Below, piece by piece: positions 1 to 14,771 of a DNA stretch of 64,000 bases. The notes beneath the pieces are model-generated. The model saw only the letters and a program-made list of their open reading frames with translations, had not been told where the DNA came from and did no database searches. Position 1 is the first letter of the stretch. Each line of letters begins with the position of its first letter. The translations under genes and the position numbers were made by a program. The DNA lies in contig OX597820.1 of NCBI GenBank assembly GCA_951406725.2, forward strand, positions 5,146,001 through 5,210,000, written 5' to 3'. This DNA comes from Octopus vulgaris (lineage: Eukaryota).

Positions 1-539
1 TTGTTGCTATTCTTTAATACGTTCGTTTTCTTCAGAGCATATAGTCATCCGCAAAAAAATGAAAACTTTACCAAAAAAAGAAAAAACAAAAAAAAAAAAC
101 CCCAGAAAACTTAAGATATACTAAAAGCGAAACCATTATTTAGTTATTTTGATGTAATACATACAGACAGTTTGAAATATTTCGACAAGATTTTTGAATT
201 AATCAGAAAATGTTGAATTTTCGTTGTACATTAACGAAAGCAGACCATATAAATGAGGTAATGATGGCTGTAATATTCGTATGTCGGAAAAGAAACGAAT
301 ATAGTTTCACAGTTTTCTTGTCTTCCACAAACACGCATATCCTACTTCTGTAGAAATGTCTTAAAATATTTAAAGGCTGAAAACGGAACAGATTTGTACG
401 CGTTCCAATTAAGACAAAGATTTTTAAAAATGTTTAACGTGAATCGTTTACTCAACAGTCCTTACGACGAATATAAATATCAGATTGCAGGTTTTCATTT
501 TTCTTATTGTTTGAGACTTGGCTAAAAGTAAATATTATC

Positions 540-1170
540 AGTTGTATAACAGTAATGTGGCTGTTGTGAGGCACTAGTGTGTCAAATGTATGGCAGAAGT
601 GTGTCACTATGTCAGGTGTATAGAAGTTGTATAGCAGTAGTATGTGTGTAGTATGGCAGTATTATGACAGCAGTATGGCAGTAATTTTGCAGTCGTATGG
701 TAGTAGTAGTAGTAGTATGACAGTAGTATGACTCTAGTATGTCACTAATATGTCAGTTGTCTTGTAGTGGTATGGCAACATCGTATGTCAATAATATGAC
801 AATAGCATGACAATAGTATGGCAATTGTTTGACAGTTGTTTGATAGTACTATGCCAGTGGTATGGCGGTATTACGAGAGTAATACAACAGCATTTGTATT
901 AATGGTATACTTCTAATATGTCATTAGTGAGGTAGCAGTATGACAGTGGTATGACATTAGTATGGCAGTAGTTTGGTGTTGCATGACAGTTGTATGTCAG
1001 TTGTGTAATAGTAGTTTGGCTGTGGTATGGTAGTAGTATGACAGTAATATAGCATGGCAGTAGTATACAAGTGGTATGTTAGTAGTGTCTCAGTAGTATG
1101 GCAGCGGAAAGGCGACAGTATGGCACTGGTTTCGCTGTAGTATGTCATTAACATTTCGGTAGTTTTGCAG
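540..1170. repeat. Degenerate minisatellite, ~11-13 bp unit (GGCAGTAGTAT / GACAGTAGTAT-like)
   Basis: Repeated variants of cagtagtatg(g/a) throughout the interval. Confidence 0.7.
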
Positions 1171-1641
1171 CATAACTGAATCGACCCACACGTCTTGCTG
1201 GTTCCCATCAAAGTTGGTCCGACCAATCAGAATTTGATCCAGGAGATGGAGACTTGATGCACCTTACATATGGCATCGGACTATGTTACTCTCTGGCTGT
1301 TGTAAGATAAATGTGAATAAATTACTGACACACAAACGCCCCATGGAATCTTGTATTCCCAGGTTAAATCACTTGGAAAACCCGGAGAATCACCGGCCGC
1401 ATGAGCTCTGTGGGTCCGGGGCAAAAACATTAAATGAATGAATAAATAAATAGCCGCATGGTGTTGGTGGTTCAGTCAGTGATTGGTGCAGCATCTTTTG
1501 TTTGTAAGAGATTTTGATCTATCTTTGGGCAGATTATGGAACTGGTTGATACGACTAAATCAGTCTGTGAAATTAGCTTTTAATGGACCCATCTTCTAGG
1601 TTTTTGAGACACGACTTGAACAGAAGGAAAGAGAGAAGGAG

Positions 1642-1700
<59 letters not shown>

Positions 1701-1710
1701 GAGAGAGAGT

Positions 1711-1753
<43 letters not shown>

Positions 1754-2684
1754 GGTGTTGTGGGTGTGTAACCTCACAACATCAGCTTTCATTAAACCGA
1801 CGTAAGGCGAAAACACTTCCAAATATGACCGTCACGTTTTTTATTTAGGTATGGTGACTACGAATACATCATCTTTAAGATAAAGTGGGTGACATTTCAG
1901 GGAGCTTAGGCTGCTATTTCTAGCAGTTCGAATCATCAGTGGGAGCTTCCTTCGTATTTGGTAAGTGTTGCTGTTGTTAAACTTTACATCGTGACTAAGA
2001 ACAAACAGATAGTAATACGTGTTCCAACCACGACTATCCATCCTTCCCACGTTCATTGCATATGCAGGCCTCTATGAATCAACGTGGCTCTTTTTCTCAC
2101 GACGATGAAGTTGAGTGAACAAAATTGTAGCCCTTTCGTTAGGCCCTCTTCCATATGTGTCAAGGGTGGAGTGCATCCTATGTTAAATTACTTCACGAAG
2201 AATCTCTGATGTCCTTTTCTTGTCTCTTTGTGAAGAGTTCGTTATTTGTGAGAGACTGAAAGTGTGAATGTAATTGAAATTGAAGAAAGAAAGAAAAGAG
2301 GGGGGAAGGGCTAGCAGGGAATGAGAAAGGAAGAAGGAAGAAGAGAAAGAAAGGGAGGGAGAGAGGGAAAGACATTTAAGTTGGGAGCAGAGAGAAGAGC
2401 TGGAATGTTCCACCTACAGAGCCTGCCATACTGTTTAAAGGTTTACTTACTGAAATTTTACAGCTCGGGTTACAGCCAGGAAACCAAAGATGAATTGGAT
2501 ATCAACAGCTGTAACGAAAGTAAAGAAAGGAGGAGGAAGAGAAGGAGGAGAAGGAGTTGAAGGAGAAGAGGAAGACGAGGAATAATAATAAGAAGGAGGA
2601 GGAGGAGGAGAGTAACAGGGAGAACAACAATAACTACAGAAACATAATGATGCAAAGTAAAAGATGATGATGATGATGAAATAC

Positions 2685-2731
<47 letters not shown>

Positions 2732-2843
2732 TAATAATAATAAAAATAATTTCTTCAAAACAACAACCACTTAAGTACTTGACTATAAAGAACACGTAGT
2801 TGGTCGTAAAACCAAAGGTGATATGTACGTATATCTCTATGAT

Positions 2844-2923
<80 letters not shown>

Positions 2924-3279
2924 GCACATACACGCACACACACACACACACACGAACACGCACACATTTATGTGTGCGCATGTGCATGTCTGTGTATATG
3001 TTATTACACTTATACATACATTTTATTGAGAGATTGCATGAGGGAACGTGAGCAATGGATATATATATATATTTATATATATATACATACATATATAAAC
3101 ACATATATATACAAAGTTATATGCATATACGTGGGTGTGTATGTGCGTATGTATGTGTGAACACACAAATGAGAATATACACAAAATGCGTGCGGTTATA
3201 TGATCATGTGCGTTCTGTTTAACTGAGTTTATTAACCCGAATGTAGGTATGTGATGTGTATGCGTGTGTATGTGAGTGA

Positions 3280-3325
<46 letters not shown>

Positions 3326-4071
3326 ACATACTAGTGTGGGAGACTGTGTGAATCTTTCTCTTCTAGTAATTGACTGTCTTCAGCTCAGCATGGCGTCCAT
3401 AAAGTACTTCAACGCTGCCGCCTCCCAGGTTGTCGTAAACTGAAATTGAACTCGATTCCCCGGCGCTAACAGCCGAGAGTGGCTGGCATCTAAACGACAC
3501 TCCATCCACGGAAGAATTGCCGCTCTATTGGCGGGGGTATTGTGATATTGGCCAAAATGACGAGTGAAGATGGTGGTGGAGGTGATGGCGGTAATGATGG
3601 CGATGTAGGTAGTGGTGATGATGATGATGATGTTGATGGTGGTGGTTTTGGTAGAGATGATGATGATGATGATGATAATGGTGGTGATAACGATGATGAT
3701 AATAATGATGATGACATTGAAGATGATAATGATGATGATGAGGTGGAGGAGGAGGAGGAGAATCATGATGTGGATGCGGATGAACAGAATGTTAACATTG
3801 GTGGTAGGTTAACGGAGAATGTAGGACTGACTGAGTGTGTGTTTGCCTTATAATAGTTAATTCGCCCACCGGTGATTGTGTGGGGGGGGGGGGTTATCTT
3901 AGCCTTTCATCATCATTCCTATAATGAGGGTGGGGTTCGACGCTGATAGTCACACAACAAATTTGGAACCATTTTCTAAGTGTAAGATACCATCAGCACC
4001 GACGTCATCACCATCATCGTCGTCGTCGTCGTCGACTGTCTTCATTGTCAGTAACAGAACCAACATTCTCA

Positions 4072-4131
<60 letters not shown>

Positions 4132-4132
<1 letters not shown>

Positions 4133-4608
4133 GAGTGAGAGAGCAGTGCATGCCATCAAAGTGGCACTGGGGTAAAACATACGAAGCCCAGTATACCCAT
4201 CATGACTACCCGTCTGATAAAGGTACACCAGGCACATGCATCACAACCATATGTGCGCGACATGGTGATCTTATGTCAAGATAAACAGCACATGACCTTG
4301 CAGGTGGGGCCCAGTTAGAATTTTCTTCTCGTCGAGTAGCCCACCCCACTCAAAAGGTCCCTAAATAAGGGTTGTTTAAGGATGTTGAACAAAGCACCCA
4401 TGTTTCTAAAGGTGAATTATCCAAACCTCTAAGAATTCCTTTCAACACATGGCTATGATGCTCCCCCACTACTTCTGCTCCTGATTAGAGATGCACATTT
4501 CGTCAGCCACCAACGGACATGCTCAACTGGTTAAGGTCAAACAACTGACAAGCAAATCTGTGGTATTGAGCAGAATATTTGCTGTAGCCCATCTTTTATA
4601 CCAAGACA
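4132..4608. mobile_element. Dispersed ~500-bp non-coding repeat inserted in (TTA)n (copy 1)
   Basis: Near-identical to 23754-24290; reverse partial copy at 49073-49330; all flanked by (TTA)n/(TAA)n. Confidence 0.85.
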
Positions 4609-4633
4609 AAAGAATTCGTTATTATTATTATTA

Positions 4634-4760
<127 letters not shown>

Positions 4761-5159
4761 TATTTTCTTTTCGTTGTCGCTGCTTAATACGAGCTGCGTC
4801 AGTCTCAGCCAGAAATCTCAAGAAACAGCGCGTTTGTCGTTTTGCTGTGGGTGTTATTTATGAGAAGCAGTTATTTGTTTCAGAGACAAAAAAAGCAAAT
4901 ACCGAGAATTTAGATTTCGACAAAAGTTTGTTGTAATATTTGCGATTTTAAACGATTTTAAAAGATTCAAATATCCTCAGGCTGACAGTGCTTTTCATAG
5001 GATGAGGGCCCTATCAACAAGAAAACGTTTTTGTGAGGCTTATATTTTGGTATTTGGTCATTGGGAATGGTTTTGATTTCAGGCCCCACACTCAGCTTAT
5101 CTCTTATCTCTACTTCCATGTATTTATATTTGCGATTGCTTTTTGAGAGTTACATTATT

Positions 5160-5345
5160 ATCTGTTGGATTAGCAGGATTTCGTCCGTCTTTTATGTTCT
5201 GAATTCAAATTGCGCCGAGGTCGACTCTGCCTTTTATCCTTTCAGGGTCGATAAATTAAGTACCTGTTGCGCACTGGGGCCGGTATAATCGACTGGCCCC
5301 CTTCCTAAAAATTTCGGGCTTTGTGCCTAGAGTAGAAAAGATTAT
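5160..5345 (+). mobile_element. Meta/MESC-type tRNA-derived SINE, degenerate
   Basis: Core gccgaggtcgact(c/t)tgcctttt/catcctttc.gggtcgataaattaagtacc shared with many copies in the window. Confidence 0.75.
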
Positions 5346-5651
5346 GTGTTGGAAGAAATATATTTGATTTGAAGTCATTTTTCTTGGATACCTGACCACA
5401 ACATCTGGCTAATTGGTCATGGTCTTCCTGTTTGTGTATTGGCATATCCCATTGTATGGTTGCTTCTAGGCGATCTCTTGTATGTATTTGTACCACCTCA
5501 TTTCTTTTGATATTTCGTAAGACTCATAAAAGCTCTCAGTGTATGCAGACTCCAAGTCTATCATGCATGTAGATGTATTGTTTCTCAGTTAAAAGTAAGA
5601 AGGCAGAGACACTGATATTTCGCCATCTCTATACATTCTCTTATTAACGCA

Positions 5652-6011
5652 TCTCTCTCTATATAAACGGCAAAATGTCTGTGTGTCCTTTATACAAATC
5701 CACAATTTTTCAGTTAGAGGGCTCGCACTTTCTATAGTCATTCAAAACCGTCCAAGGGTAGTCGTGCACATCCTTACATTTGCCCAGTCACCCCGCAAAG
5801 CCATTAAAAAAATCAATAGAAGCGACTTTTTTGTGAATTTTCTATCCAAAACCCAATCAAAATGCCCGAAACTTGACACGCCAATTGAATGCCAGCTAGC
5901 TGTATGTGATTGGTCGGAGATTTGGACAGTACTCGCGTGTATGTGTGCACGCACGCAGCTGTATATGCTGCACTAGCACTATGACCTGGCGTTGCCCAGT
6001 CATAGTGCTAG
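5652..6011 (+). mobile_element. Non-autonomous Helitron-like element
   Basis: A|TCTCTCTCTATATAAA 5' end; 3' hairpin ctagcactatgac(5973-5985)/gtcatagtgctag(5999-6011) ending CTAG|T. Confidence 0.7.
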
Positions 6012-6141
6012 TCTATAATGTTCTACTGCCCTATTTTGCTTCATTATATTTTCGCTGGTGATAGTGTGCTGGTTACCGACAGCACTGATGATATGCGGAA
6101 ACTGAACTACATTTCAGCTTAAAGGTTCCTTTTAACAACCT

Positions 6142-6800
6142 GTGGAGAACCAAAATGCCTCTGTAATAGAAGAAAGCATTACTATTAGACATGAAGGGCT
6201 GATCTTGTACGAAGCATTCAAATACCAAGGTAGCATTGTCACATATAATGCACGACTGGACCAGAAAATCACATGCAGAATGAGCAGAATTAGTGCTGCA
6301 GGAGAGGCTGGAGAAATAGGCCTGTTTCTATACGTGTCAAATGTATTTTTCATTCTCCCCTGCTTTATGAAGTTGAAAACTGGACAGTCTATAAAGCCCA
6401 AATAGACAAATTAGATGCATATGTGATGAGACAGCTTGGACTGTTATTTTCTTTGACAAAATCAAGAATGAAGAGATCCTACAGCATGCTGGTCTGCCTC
6501 CTCTAGTGGAAATCCTCAATGAGAGAAATTTAAGTTGGTTGGGTCACTTACACAGAATTGACAACAACAGACTCCTCAGACAGAAGACCACAGAAAACAC
6601 AGAAAGCCACAAAGAAGACGGGAGACCACAAAGAAGACCAGAGAAAACCTAGACTGAGATTCAAAGATACTGCAAAAAGGAACTTGAGGTAGAAAAGAAC
6701 CGATTCATAATAATGGCAAACCCCAACAAAAACTGACCAATATGGAGAAAGCTGATCGAGTGATGCCAAAGCCATGAACAGTCCTAGTCGCAACAACTGA
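6142..6800 (+). pseudogene. RTE-clade LINE, decayed C-terminal RT/thumb fragment
   Basis: FKYQGSIV...LDQKITCRMS; DKIKNEEILQHAGLPPLVEILNERNLSWLGH; KPRLRFKD motifs typical of RTE/BovB ORF ends, with frameshifts. Confidence 0.75.
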
Positions 6801-7402
6801 CTCCAGATAAATATCTTTTGGTGGTTTCTTGTGGCAGAGGCATTGGTCAAAATGAAGAATCCTTCAATCTCAACTCCTCCTCTTCCTAATCAGTATTTCA
6901 CATCTCCTTTCTCTACCTCAACCCTATTCAGCTTCTCCAGGTTTTTACCAAGTAAGGACTTCACTTTACATGTTCTATTTTAGACAGGATTTCAGCCCCT
7001 TTTTCAATTTCCATTCTTGACTTTTATTTTTCTCCATAATTCTCATTTCACTCCTTATTTTTGTTGTTTGAGTCTTCGAAGCTAGAAAGCAGCTTTTTTG
7101 TTCTGGTTGATTCCCGTTTGCAGCTATTTCTATTAGCTTTTCATTATTCTTTCTTTCTTTTCCTTTTTGATAATTTTGTACTCCAGTGACAATTACTTTT
7201 GATAATAGTTTTCTGGTTCCATTAGACCCCCTACAGTCCTATACTTGAAGTAAATATAATGTTTATATGTCAAACTGTTGGTGGTATATTCTAAACGTTG
7301 TTATTTTTCCTCGAGCTTTCTATCTCATCTCATTAGTTCATTTAGGGTCCAATTGATAATATCAACACCAATTACTGACACAGCTAAAGCCACCTTATTT
7401 TT

Positions 7403-8116
7403 GCAGTCACCATAATCTTTTGTTGGTGCAACTTTGGCTTTGAGAAATGTTTAGGGGACTCATCACGATCAAGCCATTGGCCCGATCGTTTGCAGTAATC
7501 ATAAAGGATCCACTTTTCGTCACTAGTGACTATTCGGTCAAGAAAAGGATCATTGGTGTTTCGCAGAAAAAGCATAGAGCACACTTCAAAACACCGAACT
7601 TATTGATTTTCATTGAGCTCATGCGGTACCCATTTATCGAGCTTTTTCGCCTTATCAATTTTCTGTAGATTGCGTGAGACCGTTGCAATACCAGCACCAA
7701 GTGCCTGAGACATTTCTCTGACACTTTGACATGGGTTTTGTTCAACAATTGCTTTCAATTGTTCATTGACTGCATGACCTTCTTCCTCTTCAAGGCTCTC
7801 ATCACCACTACGGAATTTCTGAAACCACCTTCGTACTGTGCGATCACTTGTGGACGCCTCTCCCCATGCTCTGTCGATATTGACAGCAGTTTGGGAGGCA
7901 TTGTGCCCCCAAGCTTGAACTCATGTTCATAATTAGGGTGCCTATATTTCAGGACTGTTTTCTGTCTGAAATGAAATAAATAGAAAATAATTAAAGAGCA
8001 TATATCAATTAGTAAGTAAGTCGAAATTCCCCTAAAATATAATTAAAATACTATGATAAAATTGCGTTTCAAAACACAACACTTAGAGCGATCATTATTT
8101 TCAGAACAACCTATTA
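7403..8116 (-). mobile_element. Mariner (Tc1/mariner) transposon, 5' part, decayed
   Basis: Minus-strand VPHELNEN (WVPHEL motif), FLDRIVTSDEKWILYD (first catalytic D), PKPKLHQQK-like; TA+ATAGGTTGTTCTGAAAATAATG TIR-like end at ~8092-8116. Confidence 0.9.
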
Positions 8117-8134
8117 CATAGCAACACAGACACA

Positions 8135-8212
<78 letters not shown>

Positions 8213-8354
8213 TTTGTATGTATGTATTTATGTATGTAAAATATGTATATATGTAGTGTTTGAGTATTCTTTCTTCAGGTGTTTCTAAGCTTTAACCGAT
8301 AATAAATAAGAAACTCGAAGCTCCAAATAACATATTTTATTTTCATAAATATAC

Positions 8355-8774
8355 CTATTTCTTAACTACCCACAAGGGGCTAAACACAGAGGGGACAAAC
8401 AAGGACAGACAAACGGATTAAGTCGATTACCTCGACCTCCAGTACGTAACTGGTACTTAATTTATCGACCCCGAAAGGATGAAAGGCAAAGTCGACCTCG
8501 GCGGAATTTGAACTCAGAACGTAACTGCAGACGAAATACCTATTTCTTTATTACCCACAAGGGGCTAAACATAGAAGGGACAAACAAGGACAGACATAGG
8601 TATTAAGTCGATTATATCGACCCCAGTGCGTAACTGGTACTTAATTTATCGACCCCGAAAGGATGAAAGGCAAAGTCGACCTCGGCGGAATTTAAACTCA
8701 GAACGTAACGGCAGACGAAATACGGCTACGCATTTCACCCGGCGTGCTAACGTTTCTGCCAGCTCGCCGCCTTA
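8355..8774 (-). mobile_element. Meta/MESC-type SINE with tandemly duplicated body (two units)
   Basis: Head aggcggcgagctggcagaaacgttagcacgccggg on minus strand; core and tail present twice; ATAAATATAC at 8345-8354 and 8775-8784 (TSD-like). Confidence 0.9.
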
Positions 8775-9245
8775 ATAAATATACATACAATTGATTCACT
8801 CAGTCTATGTCTGTGACATTGAGTCGAATCGCTCTACATCCGGTTTATCACTGAGCACTCAACTGGATACATGCTTTCAGCTGAACTTTTGACATATTTT
8901 TGTGAAAAATATTAACATCACACAGTGTAGCTAAACCCATATTCACTGTCTCATCCAGTAATATTCCTTCCACATAAAATTCGGATTCTGCGAGTTTTGA
9001 GCTGGAATTCGATCCTTGTAGGGAGTGTTCATAATCTAGATAAACTCAAAATTTCTCTCATATACTTCTGGATGGCGATGGTTTTCGCTTGAGTCTCTTA
9101 CGAATGCATCTGGTTTCCAGAGCCATTTTGGTGCTTCGGTAAGAATATATAATTCGTTCTAACACGTCTTCTATAAATGTTTGTTTCATTTAGAACGCCA
9201 AGATGCGTATGTGTATACGCACACGGACAGACTCATACACACATG

Positions 9246-9289
<44 letters not shown>

Positions 9290-9293
<4 letters not shown>

Positions 9294-9690
9294 CTAATAT
9301 AGGATAAAATTTTTCGAAAAAACTCTATCAATGGCCAGCATATTAAAAAATATCTTTAAAGGTTAAATTTATAAACAACTTATAAACAAGGGAAAAAGAA
9401 AAAAAAATTCTAATGCCAAATATGCCGAAAATAGACAAATCGTCAATAACCATATAATTCATCACTATAAGCACGCGTCTCGAAGTAAGCCGACAGAAAT
9501 TTCTAAAAAATTTCCGTTATTATCGTATCGGTCCCAATTTCAGAGTTAATTCATAAGAATTTTCTCCACGTCGGCTTACTTCGCCACATGTGCTAATAGT
9601 TATAGATTATATTGTTATTGATGATTTGTCTATTTTCGGCATATTCGGCATTAGATTTTTTTCTTTTGCCCTTGTTTGTAAGTTATATAT
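9290..9690. mobile_element. Penelope-like terminal fragment with fold-back, in (TA)n
   Basis: Inverted arms ~9377-9494 / ~9570-9684; related copy at 56857-57160. Confidence 0.65.
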
Positions 9691-9765
9691 AAATGTATGT
9701 ATGTATGTATGTATGTATGTATGTATGTATGTATGTATGTATGTATGTATGTATGTATGTATGTA

Positions 9766-9828
<63 letters not shown>

Positions 9829-10199
9829 CAGTTGAAAAACTTTTCAATCATGGTCTGGTTTTCAAATTTTTCTTATTGTATTTAAAAAAAATTTACAATG
9901 TTGAAGTATGTTGAACATCAAAAAATATTTTGTAATGTTCACAAACTTCAATTAGCGCTTTCATACGTTCGTAGTAATCATCAGATTTCAAAATGTATTT
10001 AACTGACAATTGAGTTCTTGACAATTGTAGTAAAATGACTGACTCCAGCAAGATGAAGTTTTCGAATACAGTTTTGACCAACAAGATACCTCGCTAAAAA
10101 TTCTCCAATTAATATGCATACACATGCTATAACTTACATATACGTACAGCTGTATGTATCAATATATGTATGCATGTACATGTTTATATATACATGCAT

Positions 10200-10522
10200 A
10201 AAATTTGTAACAGATCATGCCTTTCTTTTGCTGGGCTCAAATCTCATTTGCGAACTCACGGAAAACGAACCGCCGTCAAGTATTCCGCCTATATGTCTGT
10301 GCACACCTTTGAATGCAATGTATGCCAGATGGTCTGCAGATCTAACGGAGTCCTCAAAAGACAGTTTAAGATCCACAAAGATCAGAACTTATTTGCAACT
10401 GTTGGTGGTTCACATTGGATATGCAATCTATGTGTCTTTTCAAAACATTGTCAAAACAAATGCCATGATAGTTCTAAGGTGTAGGTACAGGAGGTGGTCT
10501 AACTCTGCATAAGAAGCAGACA

Positions 10523-10528
<6 letters not shown>
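10200..10528 (+). pseudogene. 3' end of an RTE-like LINE with tandem C2H2 zinc-finger remnants
   Basis: CNRSCLSFAGLKSHLRTH; FECNVCQMVCRSNGVLKRQFKIH; WICNLC; ends in a microsatellite tail. Confidence 0.6.
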
Positions 10529-10580
<52 letters not shown>

Positions 10581-10677
10581 GGAGAAAACACATAAATGTG
10601 AAACAAGGTGGAAAAGAAAGTTCTCAAATACCAGTGGTAGAGTAATATGCTTTATTTAATGCACCAGAAAATTCAAC

Positions 10678-10709
<32 letters not shown>

Positions 10710-10842
10710 ATGTGTGTGTGTGTGTGTGTGTATTTAATTACGAAGGTGTCATTAATTCTATTATTATCCAATGTAACTATTTAAAGAAATGCTAATAACA
10801 AAATCAATGAGACAGGCGATAGCAGGCTGAAAATAGAATTAA

Positions 10843-10998
10843 ATAGCCGAGGAATTAAAATTAACCAAAGGACATAATAACTATGTCTACCTGCTTGAAA
10901 TAACAGTCAAAAATGAATACAATAAGAGTTTTTGACTGTTATTTCAAGGAGGTAGACATACTTAGTATGTCCTTTGATTAATTTTAATCCCTCGGCTA

Positions 10999-10999
<1 letters not shown>
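10843..10999. repeat. Fold-back inverted repeat next to (TA)n (Penelope-like end)
   Basis: atagccgagg...cagtcaaaaa (10843-10913) vs tttttgactg...cctcggctat (10929-10999). Confidence 0.75.
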
Positions 11000-11059
<60 letters not shown>

Positions 11060-11214
11060 GTACACATATATTATGTATATATATATTATATATGTTTGTA
11101 TGTATGTGTGTATGTTTATGAGAAATTGCTCTTCTCCATAGAGTTTTGGTGAAGGTTGTTTACAGCAGAACCAACTGGTGCCACTCGACGCTGTAATTGA
11201 TGGTTAAGCAATCA

Positions 11215-11395
11215 TTTTTTATGCTTTGCTTGTTCCGGTCATTGGACTGCGGCCATGCTGGGGCACCGCCTTGAAGAATGTTTAGTCGATTGAATCAACT
11301 CCGGTACTTATTTTTAAGCCTAGTACTTACTCTATCGTTCTCTTTTGACGGACCGTTAAGTTGCGGAGGACGTAAAACACAGCAACAAGGACACA
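11215..11395 (-). mobile_element. 3' module of CORE-like SINE family
   Basis: Reverse complement of the ...aacttagcggttcggcaaaagagaccgatagaataagtactaggctt...ggcggtgc(t/c)ccagcatggccgcagtc module also at 21830-21970 and 35630-35778. Confidence 0.7.
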
Positions 11396-11403
11396 CACAC
11401 ATA

Positions 11404-11475
<72 letters not shown>

Positions 11476-11659
11476 AAAGCAAACAAGCAAACACACTCAT
11501 AGAGTTCTCAGCCACGTCTTTCAAAGTATCCTATCAGACGCCTTCGGTTTGGGCTTCGGATTTCACCTAAATCCACCACTGGTTGGGGACAACATAACTG
11601 CAAGTTAAGGAATACCAGAACTGATAGAATGTGGTTCAGAGAAAGAAAGAAAGAAAGAG

Positions 11660-11727
<68 letters not shown>

Positions 11728-13656
11728 GTCAATTCTTACGTTTATTAACTCGAGTGACAATCACATGGTTGTTTATAATTAGTTTGATGGAATTAGGGAA
11801 GTGAAATGACTTGTTTAGGGTTAATGTGTCGTGTTATTCATTCGATAAGGATGGTCACCCTAATCCCATTTCTGTCCCTCAATCGACGTGGAATGGGGAA
11901 CAACCGTTCTAAAGTTCCGCATAAACAAACAAAACACCAATAAAATAAAGCAATAAAACAACAAAACAACAAAATAATTTGAGTTCCCTAGATTCCTTAA
12001 TCCATGAAGATTTATTAGTATGACACTTGCACTTTAATCTCTTAACACTAGATTAACTGACCAATATTCTCCAGGATAACTTGGTACAAACCATTTGAAC
12101 GTTGCTGTTCGAGGAAGCCAACTAGTTCCTGACCACCCCCACATAATTCTCTCATAGCTAAGTCATTATAGCAATATCATTTATCTTCTGGTTAAGTGGA
12201 TTATACAAGACATTGGTGTATTTAGATAAACACCTCACCAACAGAATATGATCCATCGCTTATTTATTTATCTTCTGTCGATTGTTCTCACCTTCTCTTG
12301 TTTTACACTTACTCTTATCGGTTCTGTTTCTTTAAACTATACTCTAAGCCGCCTCACACACACATAAACACACACACACACACATTGTCAGGTATACATA
12401 TGGACTGAGGTGCTAACGCAGGAAGAGAAATCTCACCTAAACAGAACCATATACAAACACGCGTGTAAACAAACAGCTGAATATACACACATACACACTC
12501 CTTTCCACCCCTCCCCTTCTCTCTTTGCCCACATAGTACACACACACACACAAACACACACACACATACACACACACACATACATTATACATATTTATGT
12601 GTGTATGTATGTGTGTGTGTATATGTACATGTGATTTTTAAATATATACATACACACACACATATATATGTGTATATGTATGTGTGTGTATGTATGTATG
12701 TATGTATGTATGTATGTATGTATGTATGTATGTATGTATGTATGTATGTATGTATGTATACATGTGTGCATGTGAATGTTTCTACATACGATATATTTAT
12801 ATGTATATATATACTAATATAAAACATGAGAAAGCACGTTGGAAATATGGCGGTGAAAATGTGTAAATGGCTGTTAATACATCTACAGACATTTATACAC
12901 ACACAGACACACAGACACCTATATCTGTGTGTATCTATATATATGTGTATATGTGTTATATAGATGTATGCGGGACAGTGTGTATGTATATAAGCAAATA
13001 AGTGTTCCTGTGATTGCTAAGTTAAACAAACCGACGACGAGGTTGTTCTTGTTCAACCTTATATATTACATTCAACAATCACTTCTCTTCATTCTGGTCT
13101 TAACCGTAAGAACCAAGAGATAAATAAAACTTTCACACATCTTCCCTTACTTCCATCACATCCTTCGCAATCGCTTTCAGACGTCATTCATCTACTCTCA
13201 GCACCAATCACCGTTACTCAATACTCACCATCATTCAGACTTCATTACGGGAAGACAGAACTAAGTTAAAATATGACTGAGGCGCATTCGAACCCATAAG
13301 GAAGTCATTCACTGTTGAATGAGAAACATTTTCTCGTTATAGACAAATGCAGGTAGACAGCCCACAGTGCACCCTGACCAGACTATTGGATGCACACATT
13401 TCGGAGTGGTTATATCTTCTTCAGCAGAAGGAACCAGAAAGTCAGGGACTGCGAACTGACACGATGGACAGGTCCCTCTTATGATATTCCCGTCATCGTT
13501 TAATAATTGGTTGCGTTATTCACCGGCCGAGTTTCGCGATACCGACTTTACGTACGACTAAGGTCATATCATATTGGAAAATGCTGTGCAAATATCGTAT
13601 ATTTGGTCATAACGAAAGTTATACTGCAATCGCTTATGGGGTCGTTATAGATTTAG

Positions 13657-13895
13657 GTGACGGCATGTAGCCTAGTGGTTAGGGTGCTGTACTCACGATT
13701 GCAAGATCAGGATTTCGAGATCGAGTGGTGCGTTGAATTCTTGAGCAAGTGACACTTCATTTCTCCTTGTCCCAGTCCAGGCATTTGTTAATGAATAACC
13801 CAGCAACAAACATTCAGGGCGAAGTAGTTTCGGCCACTTACTTATCATGGAAACTTGGGACACGGTCCCATGAGTCTTAGAACGTGAGCCAGTAA
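13657..13895 (+). mobile_element. Degenerate tRNA-derived SINE
   Basis: tagcctagtggttagggtgct A-box head and cttgagcaag.gacactt; related to 27436-27711 and 63887-64000. Confidence 0.55.
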
Positions 13896-14517
13896 CTTCT
13901 TGGGGGCGCGGTGGGGTTTAACATATTTACGTATATATTTGGGCAAAACGAAATTGGTGCGCATATGATATAAATTCAACATTTAACAACTTTTAAAATA
14001 TGACGATTAACCAGGGTAATGAGGTATAAGCGCATAATTCTGAGTGTAATTGTAATTAGAAGTTGTAATTAAAAAGAGAAGCAAAGTGCGGAAGAGAGAA
14101 GTATCGAAGGAATTAGGGAGTGAGAGTCACATAAAAAAAGCAGAGAGAGAGGAAATCATAAATATAAAGATGGCGGAGGAGGCGGGAGAGGAAAAAAAAG
14201 ATAACGAGATGAGGGGGGAAAGTGGAAGATGTCGAGAGCCGCGGACCCTTCGAAGAAGAGATAAGAGTTGATACAATATCTTGGTGTAGGATGTGTAATT
14301 AAGGTAAGGCTGTTGTTAGAAGAGTTACAATTAAATCAGCCGTTAATGAGCTTTCATCGTTTTACGAGAGATTTTTATGGAAGCTGCACCGCCTCAACTG
14401 CTTATCAACGGATCATAATCGTGGCTTCACAGACGGGTTTTGCTCGTCTTGTAGGTCGGTGCCGATGTGCATATAAATATACATACATACAAACATATAT
14501 GTACATATATATGTTTG

Positions 14518-14662
<145 letters not shown>

Positions 14663-14715
14663 GCATATATAATATATATATGTGTGTATGTATATATATA
14701 TATATATATATATAC

Positions 14716-14771
<56 letters not shown>

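Noticed and set aside
3370-3860. GC-richer island with ORFs on both strands (possible host exon)
   Set aside because: No recognisable domain, frames dominated by GAT/GGT repeats, no convincing splice-site pair
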